DNA of 27,042 nt, from positions 1 to 27,042 of the forward strand of contig JAZGFQ010000157.1 of the NCBI GenBank assembly GCA_036479635.1, read 5' to 3'. The position numbers were made by a program, and so were the translations under genes. Source of the DNA: Arenicellales bacterium. GTDB taxonomy: Bacteria > Pseudomonadota > Gammaproteobacteria > Arenicellales > Poriferihabitantaceae. Under the pieces are notes generated by a model. The model worked only from the letters and a program-made list of their open reading frames with translations, ran no database searches and was not told the origin of the DNA. This document shows positions 8,016 through 18,200 of this stretch, piece after piece; positions within the stretch are counted from its first letter, which is position 1, and the number at the start of each line of letters is the position of its first letter.

Positions 8016-8900
8016 TTAGTGAACAATTTCATGAATCACACCTGCTTTTAATAACTGAACGTGATCAGGAAACCAAAGTTGATCTGCTGAGGTCGTAAAA
8101 ATTTGGTCTAAAAAAGACTGGCTGATGCCACGTGATGCAAATAAAGTTAAATCTCGTTGTTGCTCAGCTTTGATATCAAAATAAGCCAATAAAGGTAACG
8201 AATATTCAGATGACAGCTTATATTGATGAAACCCAAGTTTAGCTTGCGTGCCCAATGCCCTAAGCTTTCCACCCAAAAATGCAGTTGTGCAAGCAGAGCT
8301 ACATTTTTTAACCACTAAGGTATCTAGCCCTTTTTCAATAAAAATTCTTGCTAGCCCACGCCCTTCATATATTTGCCCACCCTGACTATGCAAAATAACG
8401 GTATTTAAGCTGGGGTTGTTTTTGACCAACACACCCACTTCCTCAGTAATACCTAATTCAAAATCACCTTCAATGCTTAATTGTGTATTATTTTTCTGTA
8501 AATTTAATCTATACGTTTGGCTCACAGGCTGCATTGGAGAAACTACGTGCTCACGCGCTAAGGCACCTTGAATAACGGCCAGTCCATAGACTAATGTCAA
8601 CACAATAGACACTAAGCCCAAAAGCTGTATCGCTCGTAGTGTTAACGCGCCACCACGCTGGACAAAATTATTTTCAGCGCTTCGAAATAAGCCTATTAAT
8701 GACCAAGGATAAACAATAAAGCGTGTCAACACCAAAGAGGCTAAGGCGGTATAAAACAGGCTGCTTAAAGGGAAGGTAAGTTTAGAAAGAATCCATAATT
8801 CTAAGGCGCTGATGCCTAACATCATACCGATAAAATTCACCCATAAAGCAAAGTGAATTGAGTATTTTCCACGCCAATGCTTTTGTATATAAGTTCGCAA
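8016..8900 (-). CDS. Hypothetical membrane protein: N-terminal TM helices plus COG3904-like ClpP/crotonase-fold domain
   Basis: Three hydrophobic segments, then LHSQGGQIYEG, CSSACTTAFLGG and LGFHQY motifs. TTG start is 22 nt after the potC stop. Confidence 0.7.
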   Translation of the reverse strand: MRTYIQKHWRGKYSIHFALWVNFIGMMLGISALELWILSKLTFPLSSLFYTALASLVLTRFIVYPWSLIGLFRSAENNFVQRGGALTLRAIQLLGLVSIVLTLVYGLAVIQGALAREHVVSPMQPVSQTYRLNLQKNNTQLSIEGDFELGITEEVGVLVKNNPSLNTVILHSQGGQIYEGRGLARIFIEKGLDTLVVKKCSSACTTAFLGGKLRALGTQAKLGFHQYKLSSEYSLPLLAYFDIKAEQQRDLTLFASRGISQSFLDQIFTTSADQLWFPDHVQLLKAGVIHEIVH

Positions 8901-8922
8901 AGGCTGGCCACCACGCCCTAAT

Positions 8923-9813
8923 TTATTCTGGCGATAATCCGCGTAACCGTTCGTTGCGGCGGCGTAATACTTCTAAGGTGAAGAGCAGGATGACGGAGAA
9001 GGTAATAAGGATGGTCGCGACCGCTAAAATTGTTGGGCTGATTTCCTCGCGAATACCCGAAAACATTGCCCACGGGATGGTACGCTGTTTTACGCTACCC
9101 ACGAATAACACCACCACCACTTCATCGAAAGAGGTGATGAAGGCGAATAATGCACCTGAGATGACACCCGGCGTAATTAAAGGCACAGTGATTTTAAAAA
9201 AGGTGCGTGTGGGCGAAGCACCTAAGCTGGCGGCAGCACGGGTTAAACTATGATCAAAGCCGACTAAAGTAGCGGTAACGGTAATCACCACAAATGGTGT
9301 GGCGAGTGCTGCATGCGCCAAAATAACGCCTAAATGCGTGTTGCTTAAACTTATTTTAAAAGCCCCATCGGTCATCTGCCCTAGCCATAAAAAATCAGAA
9401 TAAAAGAAGAACATCCCTGCCGCTGAGATAATCAACGGCACTACCATCGGTGAAATTAAAATGCCCATCACAGCAGTTTTATAGGGAAAATCTGGACGGC
9501 TTAAACCCAATGCCGCCAACGTACCAAGGAAGGTTGAAATAATCGTTGAAAATACTGCAATAATCAACGAGTTTCTAACCGCCGCCTGCCATGTTGCACT
9601 AGAGAAAAAATCATCATACCAGCGCGTCGAATAACCTGCTGGGTCAAAAGACAACATCTCAGGCGTAAAGGTGAAATAGGGCTGCGCATTAAACGATAAT
9701 GGAATAATGATCAAAATAGGCACAATCAAGAATAAAAAAATCAGCGTACAAATGCCGCGAAAGGTGTAATACCAAATTCGCTCGCTGGTCTCTGCGTGTA
9801 ATGGAAGTGACAT
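8923..9813 (-). CDS. potC: Polyamine-family ABC transporter permease (PotC-like)
   Basis: LIVPILIIIPLSFN, AAASLGASP (EAA-like loop), GALFAFITSFDEVVV. Confidence 0.92.
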   Translation of the reverse strand: MSLPLHAETSERIWYYTFRGICTLIFLFLIVPILIIIPLSFNAQPYFTFTPEMLSFDPAGYSTRWYDDFFSSATWQAAVRNSLIIAVFSTIISTFLGTLAALGLSRPDFPYKTAVMGILISPMVVPLIISAAGMFFFYSDFLWLGQMTDGAFKISLSNTHLGVILAHAALATPFVVITVTATLVGFDHSLTRAAASLGASPTRTFFKITVPLITPGVISGALFAFITSFDEVVVVLFVGSVKQRTIPWAMFSGIREEISPTILAVATILITFSVILLFTLEVLRRRNERLRGLSPE

Positions 9814-9820
9814 TTAATGT

Positions 9821-11092
9821 TTACCCGAACTTCATGTTATCAATTCCCACCACTTTATCGTAGAGGATATATAAAGCTAACACCAGCATCAGTAACATCG
9901 TGCCCAATGCCGCCGCTAAGCCCCAATTAAGCGAGCTTGAAATATGATACGCAATGAAATTACTGATCATGGTGCCGTCGGTGCCGCCCACTAACGCTGG
10001 CGTAATGTAAAAACCGATTGATAAAATAAACACTAAAATACCGCCCGCACCAATACCGGCAACTGTGTTTGGAAAATACACGCGCCGAAATGCGGTGAAA
10101 GGGGTCGCACCCATTGAGCGCGCTGCGCGCATATAGCTCGGCGGAATGGTTTTCATCACACTGAATAATGGCAGAATCATAAACGGCAATAAAATATGCG
10201 TCATGGCAATGATGGTGCCAGTTTGGTTATGAATCATCGATAAGCGATTTTCATCAGAGATGATATTTAAGCCCACTAGGAAATCATTAATCACGCCTTC
10301 TTTTTGTAACAAGGCAATCCATGCGCTGGTGCGCACTAACAGGGATGTCCAAAAAGGTAGCAGCACTAGAATCATCAATAGATTACTGGTGCGGGTTTTC
10401 AAAGTGGCCAACAAAAAGGCAATCGGATAACCCAGCAACACGGTAAGGGCAGTAATCAGCGATGCCAGCCACATGGTTCTGGCAAAGAGCTTTAAATAAA
10501 TTTGTTGGTTCTCAGGCTTAAAGTGCAAGCCTGAAGCATCACGTTTGGCATCAAACGCAGCATAATAATAAGAAGCCGTTTTAGCACCACTTTCACGTTT
10601 TAATAACCGCCATACATCAACATCATGCCACTTTTTATCGATGCCTAATACCGCCTCTTTATAACTCATACCTGTGCTTTCAGGGTCTAGCTTACGCAAG
10701 GTTCTCGCGGTTTTTCGAAATAAACTCGACATACCCGAGCGCTCATAATTTAAACGCTTACCAAGCCGATTGATGGCTTTGCCGATATTCTTGCCATCGA
10801 TAACGAAGGCTTTAAAAATGGCCTCATCTGGTAATTCACCCGTGGTGTCGTCCCATTCGGATAATAATTGTACCGTGGTGGGCAAGGTATCTTGTGTGAC
10901 TTTATTATCGACACTGCGTAGTAGCATATCGAAAATAGGCCCAAGGAAAGTGAGTAAAATAAACAGAAATAAAGGCGCGACTAATAATAAAGCCGTGCGC
11001 TTACGTTTTCTGAGCGAACGCTGCAAACCCACCTTTAACGATACACCGTCGGCAGTGGTTAAAACATCGATGTTGGAAGGCGCTGGATTCAT
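9821..11092 (-). CDS. potB: Polyamine-family ABC transporter permease (PotB-like) with a long soluble insertion
   Basis: LLPFWTSLLVRT, HILLPFMILP, AARSMGATP and GFYITPALVGG motifs. Confidence 0.92.
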   Translation of the reverse strand: MNPAPSNIDVLTTADGVSLKVGLQRSLRKRKRTALLLVAPLFLFILLTFLGPIFDMLLRSVDNKVTQDTLPTTVQLLSEWDDTTGELPDEAIFKAFVIDGKNIGKAINRLGKRLNYERSGMSSLFRKTARTLRKLDPESTGMSYKEAVLGIDKKWHDVDVWRLLKRESGAKTASYYYAAFDAKRDASGLHFKPENQQIYLKLFARTMWLASLITALTVLLGYPIAFLLATLKTRTSNLLMILVLLPFWTSLLVRTSAWIALLQKEGVINDFLVGLNIISDENRLSMIHNQTGTIIAMTHILLPFMILPLFSVMKTIPPSYMRAARSMGATPFTAFRRVYFPNTVAGIGAGGILVFILSIGFYITPALVGGTDGTMISNFIAYHISSSLNWGLAAALGTMLLMLVLALYILYDKVVGIDNMKFG

Positions 11093-11110
11093 AAATTATT
11101 TTTAATTTTT

Positions 11111-11172
11111 CTCAATTTCAAGGTTTAATCAAATAATTAAAGCTTGAAATTGAGCCGGGGAAAGCCCCGACT
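11111..11172 (-). other. Intercistronic tandem stem-loops 3' of the solute-binding protein gene
   Basis: 19-bp stem with one mismatch (11111-11154: CTCAATTTCAAGGTTTAAT / ATTAAAGCTTGAAATTGAG), overlapping a 9-bp GC stem (11151-11172; on the minus strand GAGTCGGGG-CTTT-CCCCGGCTC with one U:G pair). Confidence 0.7.
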
Positions 11173-11204
11173 CAAAAATCTTACTTAAACGTTAAGTCAG
11201 ACGA

Positions 11205-12311
11205 CTAAGACTTCGCTAACCAAGCTTCAAAACGCTCTGTTAACTCATCTTTATTATCCGCCCACCAAAGCACGTCTTTCAAGATAACGTTCTTAGCATT
11301 CGCCGGTGCAGTTGGCATATGCGGCGCCATATCAATCCCTAGCTCAGCGTGCATACCCACCATGCCAGCAGATGACTTACGCGCAGGGCCGTAAGAAATA
11401 TACTTTGCTTGGTCTGCTAAACGCTGTGTATCCGTTGCATACTTAAGATACTTCATCGCTTCAGCTTTATGCGGCGCACCTTTAGGAATCGCCCAGCCAT
11501 CTAATTCAAATACTTGATAATCCCAAAGCATACCAATCGGCTGCTTGTTCTCTTCAATCGCTGCAAATAAACGACCATTATAAGCAGACGCCATGACCAC
11601 TTCACCATCGGCTAATAATTGGCCTGGCTGTGCGCCTTTCGTCCACCAAACAACTTGGTCTTTAATGGTATCCAACTTAGCAAATGCACGATCAACGCCT
11701 TCAGGTGTAGATAGTGTGTCATAGACTTTTGCAGGATCAACGCCATCAGCGATTAATGCCCATTCCATGTTAGCCGCAGGCTTTTTCTCTAACGCACGCT
11801 TACCTGGGAATTTTCCAAGGTCAAATAAGTCATTGATTGTGCTTGGTGCAGATGCGCCCACTTTATCGGTACGATAGCCTAACGTCGTTGAGTAAACGAT
11901 TTGTGGCACGAAACAAGGTGAAACTAATGAATCACCAAAATCGTCAGCTGCAGACGTGCCATCAGGCGCAGCCGCTAAATCAGTGGCTGGATTAATCTCT
12001 TCAATTAAGCCTTCATCGCATAATGCAATCGCATCACCGGGAAGAATATCTACGACATCCCAAGTGGTGTTACCTGCTTCAGCTTGAGCGCGAATTTTTG
12101 CCGCACCTTCTGAAGAAGAATCATCATTGATGATTTTGATACCAGGATTGGCCGCCATGTATGGGTCATGGTAAGCTTTTTGCTGGCTGGCTGTGTAAGC
12201 ACCGCCCCAAGAAACAATCACCATTTCAGTGTCAGCCGAAGCCGTCGTAACGCTCGCTGAACCCACTGCAATTGCAGCTGCGATTAGGGTTTGTGTAAAG
12301 ACTTTTTTCAT
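11205..12311 (-). CDS. ABC transporter solute-binding protein, PotD/PotF superfamily (SWGG subgroup)
   Basis: Signal peptide MKKVFTQTLIAAAIAVGSA; VSWGGAY, WDVVD, KFPGKR and AYNGR motifs; GAGGAG RBS upstream of ATG 12311. Confidence 0.9.
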   Translation of the reverse strand: MKKVFTQTLIAAAIAVGSASVTTASADTEMVIVSWGGAYTASQQKAYHDPYMAANPGIKIINDDSSSEGAAKIRAQAEAGNTTWDVVDILPGDAIALCDEGLIEEINPATDLAAAPDGTSAADDFGDSLVSPCFVPQIVYSTTLGYRTDKVGASAPSTINDLFDLGKFPGKRALEKKPAANMEWALIADGVDPAKVYDTLSTPEGVDRAFAKLDTIKDQVVWWTKGAQPGQLLADGEVVMASAYNGRLFAAIEENKQPIGMLWDYQVFELDGWAIPKGAPHKAEAMKYLKYATDTQRLADQAKYISYGPARKSSAGMVGMHAELGIDMAPHMPTAPANAKNVILKDVLWWADNKDELTERFEAWLAKS

Positions 12312-12353
12312 TTTATTCTCCTCGTTTAATATAAATTTTAAGTCATGTATCAA

Positions 12354-12380
12354 TGTGGCCTAAAAAATTTTAAGGCCACA
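12354..12380 (-). other. Intercistronic stem-loop between potA and the SBP gene
   Basis: TGTGGCCT ... AGGCCACA 8-bp perfect stem extended by A/T pairs; no strong U-tract on the coding strand. Confidence 0.55.
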
Positions 12381-12421
12381 AAATTGGGTCATTATTATGA
12401 ACGGCTCAGATAAACCATAGA

Positions 12422-13522
12422 TTAATCAGTTGGATCTAAAGCACGGCAATCATCGGCATTCCAGCCAATGTTCACCTTATCGCCCACGGTTAAATGTGCG
12501 TGCATAGCTGAATTGGGGATTTTCACGATAAAATCTTCATGCCCGCATACCTTCATACGAGTTCGGATGTGATCACCTAAATAGATAAGCTCTAACGCCT
12601 CGGCTGTAAAAATATTTTTATATTGCCCAGCTTCTGGGTTCACCGCCACACGCTCAGGGCGTAAAGACATCGTCGCGCGCTGGCCAACGCCTGCAATGTT
12701 CACTTGCTTAGCGGTAATCTCACCGCCATCATCGGATTTAACTTGGCAATATTCACCATCGGCACTCACGACCGTACCTAATAGGCGATTATTGTCGCCA
12801 ATAAAATCTGCCACAAAAGCATTAGTCGGCGCTTCATATAGTTCTGCAGGCGGCGCAAGTTGCTGCACCACACCATCATCGAACACCGCGACGCGGTCAG
12901 ACATCGTCAAAGCTTCGCTTTGATCATGGGTAACGTACATTACCGTGACTTCTAAATTCTCGTGAATATGTTTGATTTCATATTGCATCTGCTCACGCAA
13001 GTTTTTATCCAGCGCGCCCAACGGCTCATCCATCAGCACTACGTCTGGATCAAACACGAGCGCACGTGCTACTGCCACACGCTGAGCTTGTCCGCCTGAA
13101 AGTTGGCCCGGGCGACGGTCCGCAAACTCATCTAAGCGCACCATTTCTAAGGCGCGCTTAACCTTCGCTTCGCGGTCAGATTTTCCCATGCCACGCACTT
13201 CTAATGGAAACGCTAGGTTTTCACCCACCGTCATGTGCGGGAATAAAGCATAATTCTGAAACACCATGCCAATGCCACGCTTATGCGGCGGCACATTATT
13301 AATGGGCTGGCCAGCAAGATAAATCTCGCCATGTGTGGCAGGCTCAAAGCCCGCCAACATCATCAAACAAGTGGTTTTACCTGAGCCAGAAGGGCCAAGC
13401 ATGGTCAGGAATTCGCCTCGTTGCATATCCAAATTAAAGTCTTTGACCACGAGAATCTCGCCATCATAACTTTTTTGGACATTTTCGAAACGAACTAAGA
13501 TATCGCTCGCAGGTGCAGGCAT
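12422..13522 (-). CDS. potA: Polyamine-family ABC transporter ATP-binding protein (PotA-like)
   Basis: Walker A GPSGSGKT, Q-loop MVFQNYALFPH, signature LSGGQ, Walker B VLMDE, C-terminal TOBE-like region. Confidence 0.95.
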   Translation of the reverse strand: MPAPASDILVRFENVQKSYDGEILVVKDFNLDMQRGEFLTMLGPSGSGKTTCLMMLAGFEPATHGEIYLAGQPINNVPPHKRGIGMVFQNYALFPHMTVGENLAFPLEVRGMGKSDREAKVKRALEMVRLDEFADRRPGQLSGGQAQRVAVARALVFDPDVVLMDEPLGALDKNLREQMQYEIKHIHENLEVTVMYVTHDQSEALTMSDRVAVFDDGVVQQLAPPAELYEAPTNAFVADFIGDNNRLLGTVVSADGEYCQVKSDDGGEITAKQVNIAGVGQRATMSLRPERVAVNPEAGQYKNIFTAEALELIYLGDHIRTRMKVCGHEDFIVKIPNSAMHAHLTVGDKVNIGWNADDCRALDPTD

Positions 13523-13620
13523 ATTTATAATAATTGTTATGCAGTCTGCACGTTAACGCATCAAAAAATTTAAGTCAAACAGCAGATGCTAATACTTAAA
13601 TATAAATTCACGCTCCGCTA

Positions 13621-13646
13621 CGACCCTTACATTCAAGCTTGCGACA
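13621..13646. promoter_or_regulatory. Candidate AraC/GlxA (GATR)-family operator in the divergent potA/soxB region
   Basis: CGAC-N17-CGAC on + (minus strand TGTCGC...GGTCGT); same 21-bp period as the site at 6119-6144. Confidence 0.5.
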
Positions 13647-13711
13647 AGAGGAATATCATGGCCCTATTTAGCTATGATAGCATTCGCACTTAATTTTTAT
13701 TCTTACGCTAA

Positions 13712-14965
13712 TTGCCGGTGAAAAACAAATATTCCATTTTCAGCCTTGCCCGTAATGCCCTGTCATATCACCAAAAATGGCAGCATACTTGGCGCAACCC
13801 TGAACCCAAAAAACACTATGATGTCATCATCATCGGTGGCGGTGGGCACGGCTTAGCCACGGCTTATTATTTAGCCAAAGAATGTGGCATTACCAATGTG
13901 GCCGTGCTGGAAAAAAGCTGGCTGGGCGGCGGTAATACTGGGCGCAACACTACGATTGTGCGCTCAAATTATTTATGGGATGAATCGGCTGCTATTTATG
14001 AGCATTCCATGAAGTTATGGGAAGGATTGAGCCAAGATCTAAACTATAACGTGATGTATTCCCCGCGCGGCCTCATACATGTTGCGCACAGCGTGCATGA
14101 TATGCAAGAAATTCAGCGCCGAGGTAATGCAAATTTCTTAAACGGCATTGATGCCGAATTTCTCACCCCTGAACAAATTCAAGCGCGCGTACCGTTTATT
14201 AATCTTGATTGCCGTTACCCTGTCATGGGCGGTATTCTGCAAAAACGTGGTGGCACCGCAAGACACGATGCCGTGGCGTGGGGTTATGCGCGCGCAGCGG
14301 ATGCAATGGGTGTGGACATCATTCAAAACTGTGAAGTCACAGGTTTTAACATCAGCGATGGCAAAGTCATCGGCGTGCAAACTAGCCGTGGAAATATTGG
14401 CGCGAATAAAGTGGGGGTAGTCACCGCTGGGCATTGCAGCGTATTGGCGGAAATGGCGGGCTTTCGCTTGCCGGTTGAATCTTTCCCATTGCAAGCCATG
14501 GTTTCTGAGCCTGTTAAGCCGATTGTTGATTGCGTGATTATGTCCAACGGCGTGCATGCTTATATCAGCCAATCAGATAAAGGCGAATTGGTCATTGGTG
14601 CAAGTTCCGATACCTATACTTCTTATACGCAAACAGGCGGTTTTAACGTAATCGAAGAAACCATCGGCGCGATTGTCGAACTTTACCCTGCTTTTTCGCG
14701 CATGAAAATGTTGCGTCAATGGGGTGGTATTGTCGATGTCACCGTTGATCGCTCACCGATTTTATCTAAAACCCCTGTTGAAAATTTAATGTTTAATTGC
14801 GGCTGGGGAACAGGTGGTTTTAAAGCCACACCAGGCTCGGGCAATGTATTTGCGCATTCGCTGGCCAAAGGTGAAATGCACCCTTACGCTGCGCCTTTTT
14901 CAATCGACCGATTCCACAGCGGTGCGCTGGTGGATGAAGGCGCGGCTGCAGCGGTGGCACACTAA
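13712..14965 (+). CDS. soxB: Heterotetrameric sarcosine oxidase subunit beta
   Basis: [49 protein letters not shown] and [17 protein letters not shown] start; GTG 13718 is an alternative. Confidence 0.97.
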   Translation: MPVKNKYSIFSLARNALSYHQKWQHTWRNPEPKKHYDVIIIGGGGHGLATAYYLAKECGITNVAVLEKSWLGGGNTGRNTTIVRSNYLWDESAAIYEHSMKLWEGLSQDLNYNVMYSPRGLIHVAHSVHDMQEIQRRGNANFLNGIDAEFLTPEQIQARVPFINLDCRYPVMGGILQKRGGTARHDAVAWGYARAADAMGVDIIQNCEVTGFNISDGKVIGVQTSRGNIGANKVGVVTAGHCSVLAEMAGFRLPVESFPLQAMVSEPVKPIVDCVIMSNGVHAYISQSDKGELVIGASSDTYTSYTQTGGFNVIEETIGAIVELYPAFSRMKMLRQWGGIVDVTVDRSPILSKTPVENLMFNCGWGTGGFKATPGSGNVFAHSLAKGEMHPYAAPFSIDRFHSGALVDEGAAAAVAH

Positions 14966-15008
14966 TGCAACGCGCTCATTTAATTCACACGAAAAGAAGT
15001 TAACTACA

Positions 15009-15293
15009 ATGTACATGATTAACTGCCCTTGGTGCGGCACACGTGACCAAGCTGAATTCGTCGCGCATGGTGAAGCACACATCGCTCGCCCCGAGCAGCC
15101 CGACGCTTTAACTGACGAAGCATGGGGTGATTACATTTTCTTTCGCGATAACCCCAAAGGCTTACACTTTGAACGCTGGGTGCATACCCACGGCTGCAGG
15201 CGTTGGTTTAATGTTGCCCGCAACACGGCGAATTATGAGATTTATGCTTCTTATAAGCCAGATGAAGCCAAGCCAGAGGTGCCACAAACATGA
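15009..15293 (+). CDS. soxD: Sarcosine oxidase subunit delta
   Basis: CPWCG ... FRDNPKG...ERWVHTHGCRRWFN Zn motif. Start placed at ATG 15009 rather than the track's 14814. Confidence 0.95.
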   Translation: MYMINCPWCGTRDQAEFVAHGEAHIARPEQPDALTDEAWGDYIFFRDNPKGLHFERWVHTHGCRRWFNVARNTANYEIYASYKPDEAKPEVPQT

Positions 15294-18200
15294 GCGCCAC
15301 GAGAACCAGCAACACAGGGCAACTTAACCGCCAACAGCCTTTATCTTTTCAGTTTAATGGCCAGCCCTATACGGGTTTTGAAGGTGACACTTTAGCCTCT
15401 GCCTTATTAGCCAATAATGTTTTTTTAATTGCGCGCAGTTTTAAATATCATCGCCCACGCGGTGTCTTTTCAGCAGGCTCTGAAGAGCCGAGCGCATTGG
15501 TTCAACTCGAAACAGGCGCGCATACCTTGCCCAACTGCCCTGCGACTGAAATCGAATTATACGACGGCCTGATCGCGCACAGCCAAAATTGCTGGCCTTC
15601 GGTTAAATATGATATCGGTGCGGTCAATAATGTTTTATCGCGCTTATTCCCGGCGGGCTTTTACTATAAAACCTTCATGTGGCCCAAAGCCTTATGGATG
15701 AAATATGAACACGTCATTCGTCATTCCGCGGGCTTAGGTAAATCGCCTACGGTAGCGGACCCAACGAATTACGACCATCAACATCTTTATTGTGATGTAT
15801 TAATTGTCGGTGGCGGCAGTGCAGGTTTAAGCGCGGCATTGGCGGCAGCGAAAACAGGTGCAGAGATTCTACTCATCAATGATCAAGCCGAGTGGGGCGG
15901 GGCATTATTAAGCGATACGCAAACCATCAATGATGCGCCCGCATTAGATTGGATCAATCATGCCATTCACACCTTAACGGAAATGCCGAACGTTCGCCTG
16001 CTGGCGCGCACCACCGTCACGGGTTATTACCACCACAACTACCTCATTGCTAATCAACGTATCACCAACCACTTGGGGCCAACTGCCCCCACCGATATCC
16101 CGCGCGAACGCTTATGGAAAGTTCGGGCGCGTAAAGTGGTGCTGGCTACGGGCGCAATCGAGCGGCCATTGGTGTTTGCTGAAAATGATCGGCCAGGGGT
16201 GATGCTCGCAGGCGCGGTGAGAAGCTTTTTAAATCGTTATGGGGTGTTGCTTGGTCAAAATATCGTTATTCTCACCAATAATGATTCAGCTTATGCATTA
16301 GGCATCGACGCGCTTGCCGCCGGTGCAAATGTGACCGTGCTAGACACGCGCACGGACATTTCTGATGACTTACTGGCGCTCACTACTCAACACGCTTTGA
16401 GCATTCAGCTCAACAGCACCATTATCGACGTTAAATATAAAGGCACCATTCAAAGTGTTGACGTTGCAAAACTGAATCAAGATGGTAGTGATATCGTCTC
16501 TAAACCTGAAACCATTCCTGCAGATATCGTCGCGTGTTCTGGTGGTTGGACACCCACTTTACATTTATATAGCCAAGCAGGTGGCAAACTTAAATTTGAC
16601 CCAGACACACATAGTTATCTGCCAGATGAGGCACAAACCCTCGCGCCTGATGCGCAATTTGCAGGCAGCTGCATCGGTGCATTTGCGTTAGAGGATTGCC
16701 TCGCTCAAGGGCATGCGACTGGCCTAAATGCTGCAGAGCAATGTGGTTTTAAAACCGATGGCATCAAGGTTGATGCATTGAACACAGCATCTCAACTTGT
16801 CTGTAATGAATTGCGGCCTTTGTGGGTACTGCCCTGCGCGCACCCCATTGGCAATGGCCCGAAAAAGCACTTCCATGAATTACACAACGATTCCACCATT
16901 GCCGATATTGCGCTGGCTGAACGTGAAAATTTTATTTCAGTTGAGCATTTAAAACGCTACACCACCACTGGTATGGGCACTGACCAAGGCAAAACATCCA
17001 ATGTAAATGCCTTGAATGTAATGGCGGCTTTAAGAAACAAGCCCGTTGGCGAGATCGGCACCACCACCTTCCGCCCACCGTTCACGCCGCTCACCTTTGG
17101 CGCGATTGTGGGGCAAAATTGTGGTGATTTATTTCTACAAAAACGCACCTCGCCGATGGAGCCTTGGCACCAAGTTCGAGGCGCACAGTATGAAGATGTT
17201 GGTGACTGGAAGCGCCCGCGTTATTTTCCTAGATCGGGCGAGAATATGGATGAAGCCGTGCAAAGAGAATGTAAAGCCACGCGCGATTCTGTGGGCATTT
17301 TAGATGCCACCACTTTAGGCAAAATTGATATTCAAGGTAAAGATGCCGCCAAACTTTTGAACATGGTTTACACCAATGCGTGGTCAAAACTGGGGGTCAA
17401 CCGCTGCCGTTATGGCATCATGCTCAACGAACACGGCATGATTATTGATGATGGCGTGACCACTCGCCTAAGCGAAAATCATTTCCATATGACCACCACC
17501 ACCGGCGGCGCAGCACGCATTTTTAACTGGCTGGAAGAATTACTGCAAACAGAATATCCGAACTGGGAAGTATATTGCACTTCCGTGACCGAACAATGGG
17601 CGGTGATGGCCATCAACGGCCCCAAGGCGCGCGATTTATTAGCCAAGCTCACCGATGCCGATTTAAGCAATGAGAGCTTCCCATTCATGGCCATGCTTGA
17701 AACTGAAGTGGCGGGCGTACCTGCACGGATATATCGCATCAGCTTCACGGGCGAGTTAGCCTTTGAGATCAACGTGCCTGCACGTTATGGCTTGCATGTG
17801 TGGGAAGCGGTGATGGCCGCGGGTGAGCAATATAATATCTGCCCTTACGGCACCGAAACCATGCATGTGCTGCGCGCTGAAAAAGGCTTTATTATTGTCG
17901 GGCAAGATACCGATGGATCGGTCACGCCAGACGATGCAGACATGAACTGGATCGTCTCAAAAGTCAAAAAAGATTTTATCGGCAAGCGTTCTTTAAGCCG
18001 TAGCCATACCGCTCAAGCAGGGCGAAAGCAATTAGTTGGCCTGCTCGCGGAAGACCCCAGTTTTGTATTGCCCGAAGGCGCGCATATTGTTGATGGAACA
18101 AACACCGCCCCGCCAATGAAAATGCTCGGGCATGTTACCTCTAGTTATTTTAGCCCCAATACTGGGCACTCGATTGCCATGGCCATGCTTAAAGATGGGC

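Noticed and set aside
9821-11092. Unusually long PotB with a soluble insertion
   Set aside because: Extended PotB permeases are, to my knowledge, common in marine proteobacterial polyamine-family ABC systems, so this is not treated as novel.
14814-15008. 65-aa N-terminal extension of SoxD
   Set aside because: Overlaps the soxB 3' end; SoxD homology begins at MYMINCPWC.
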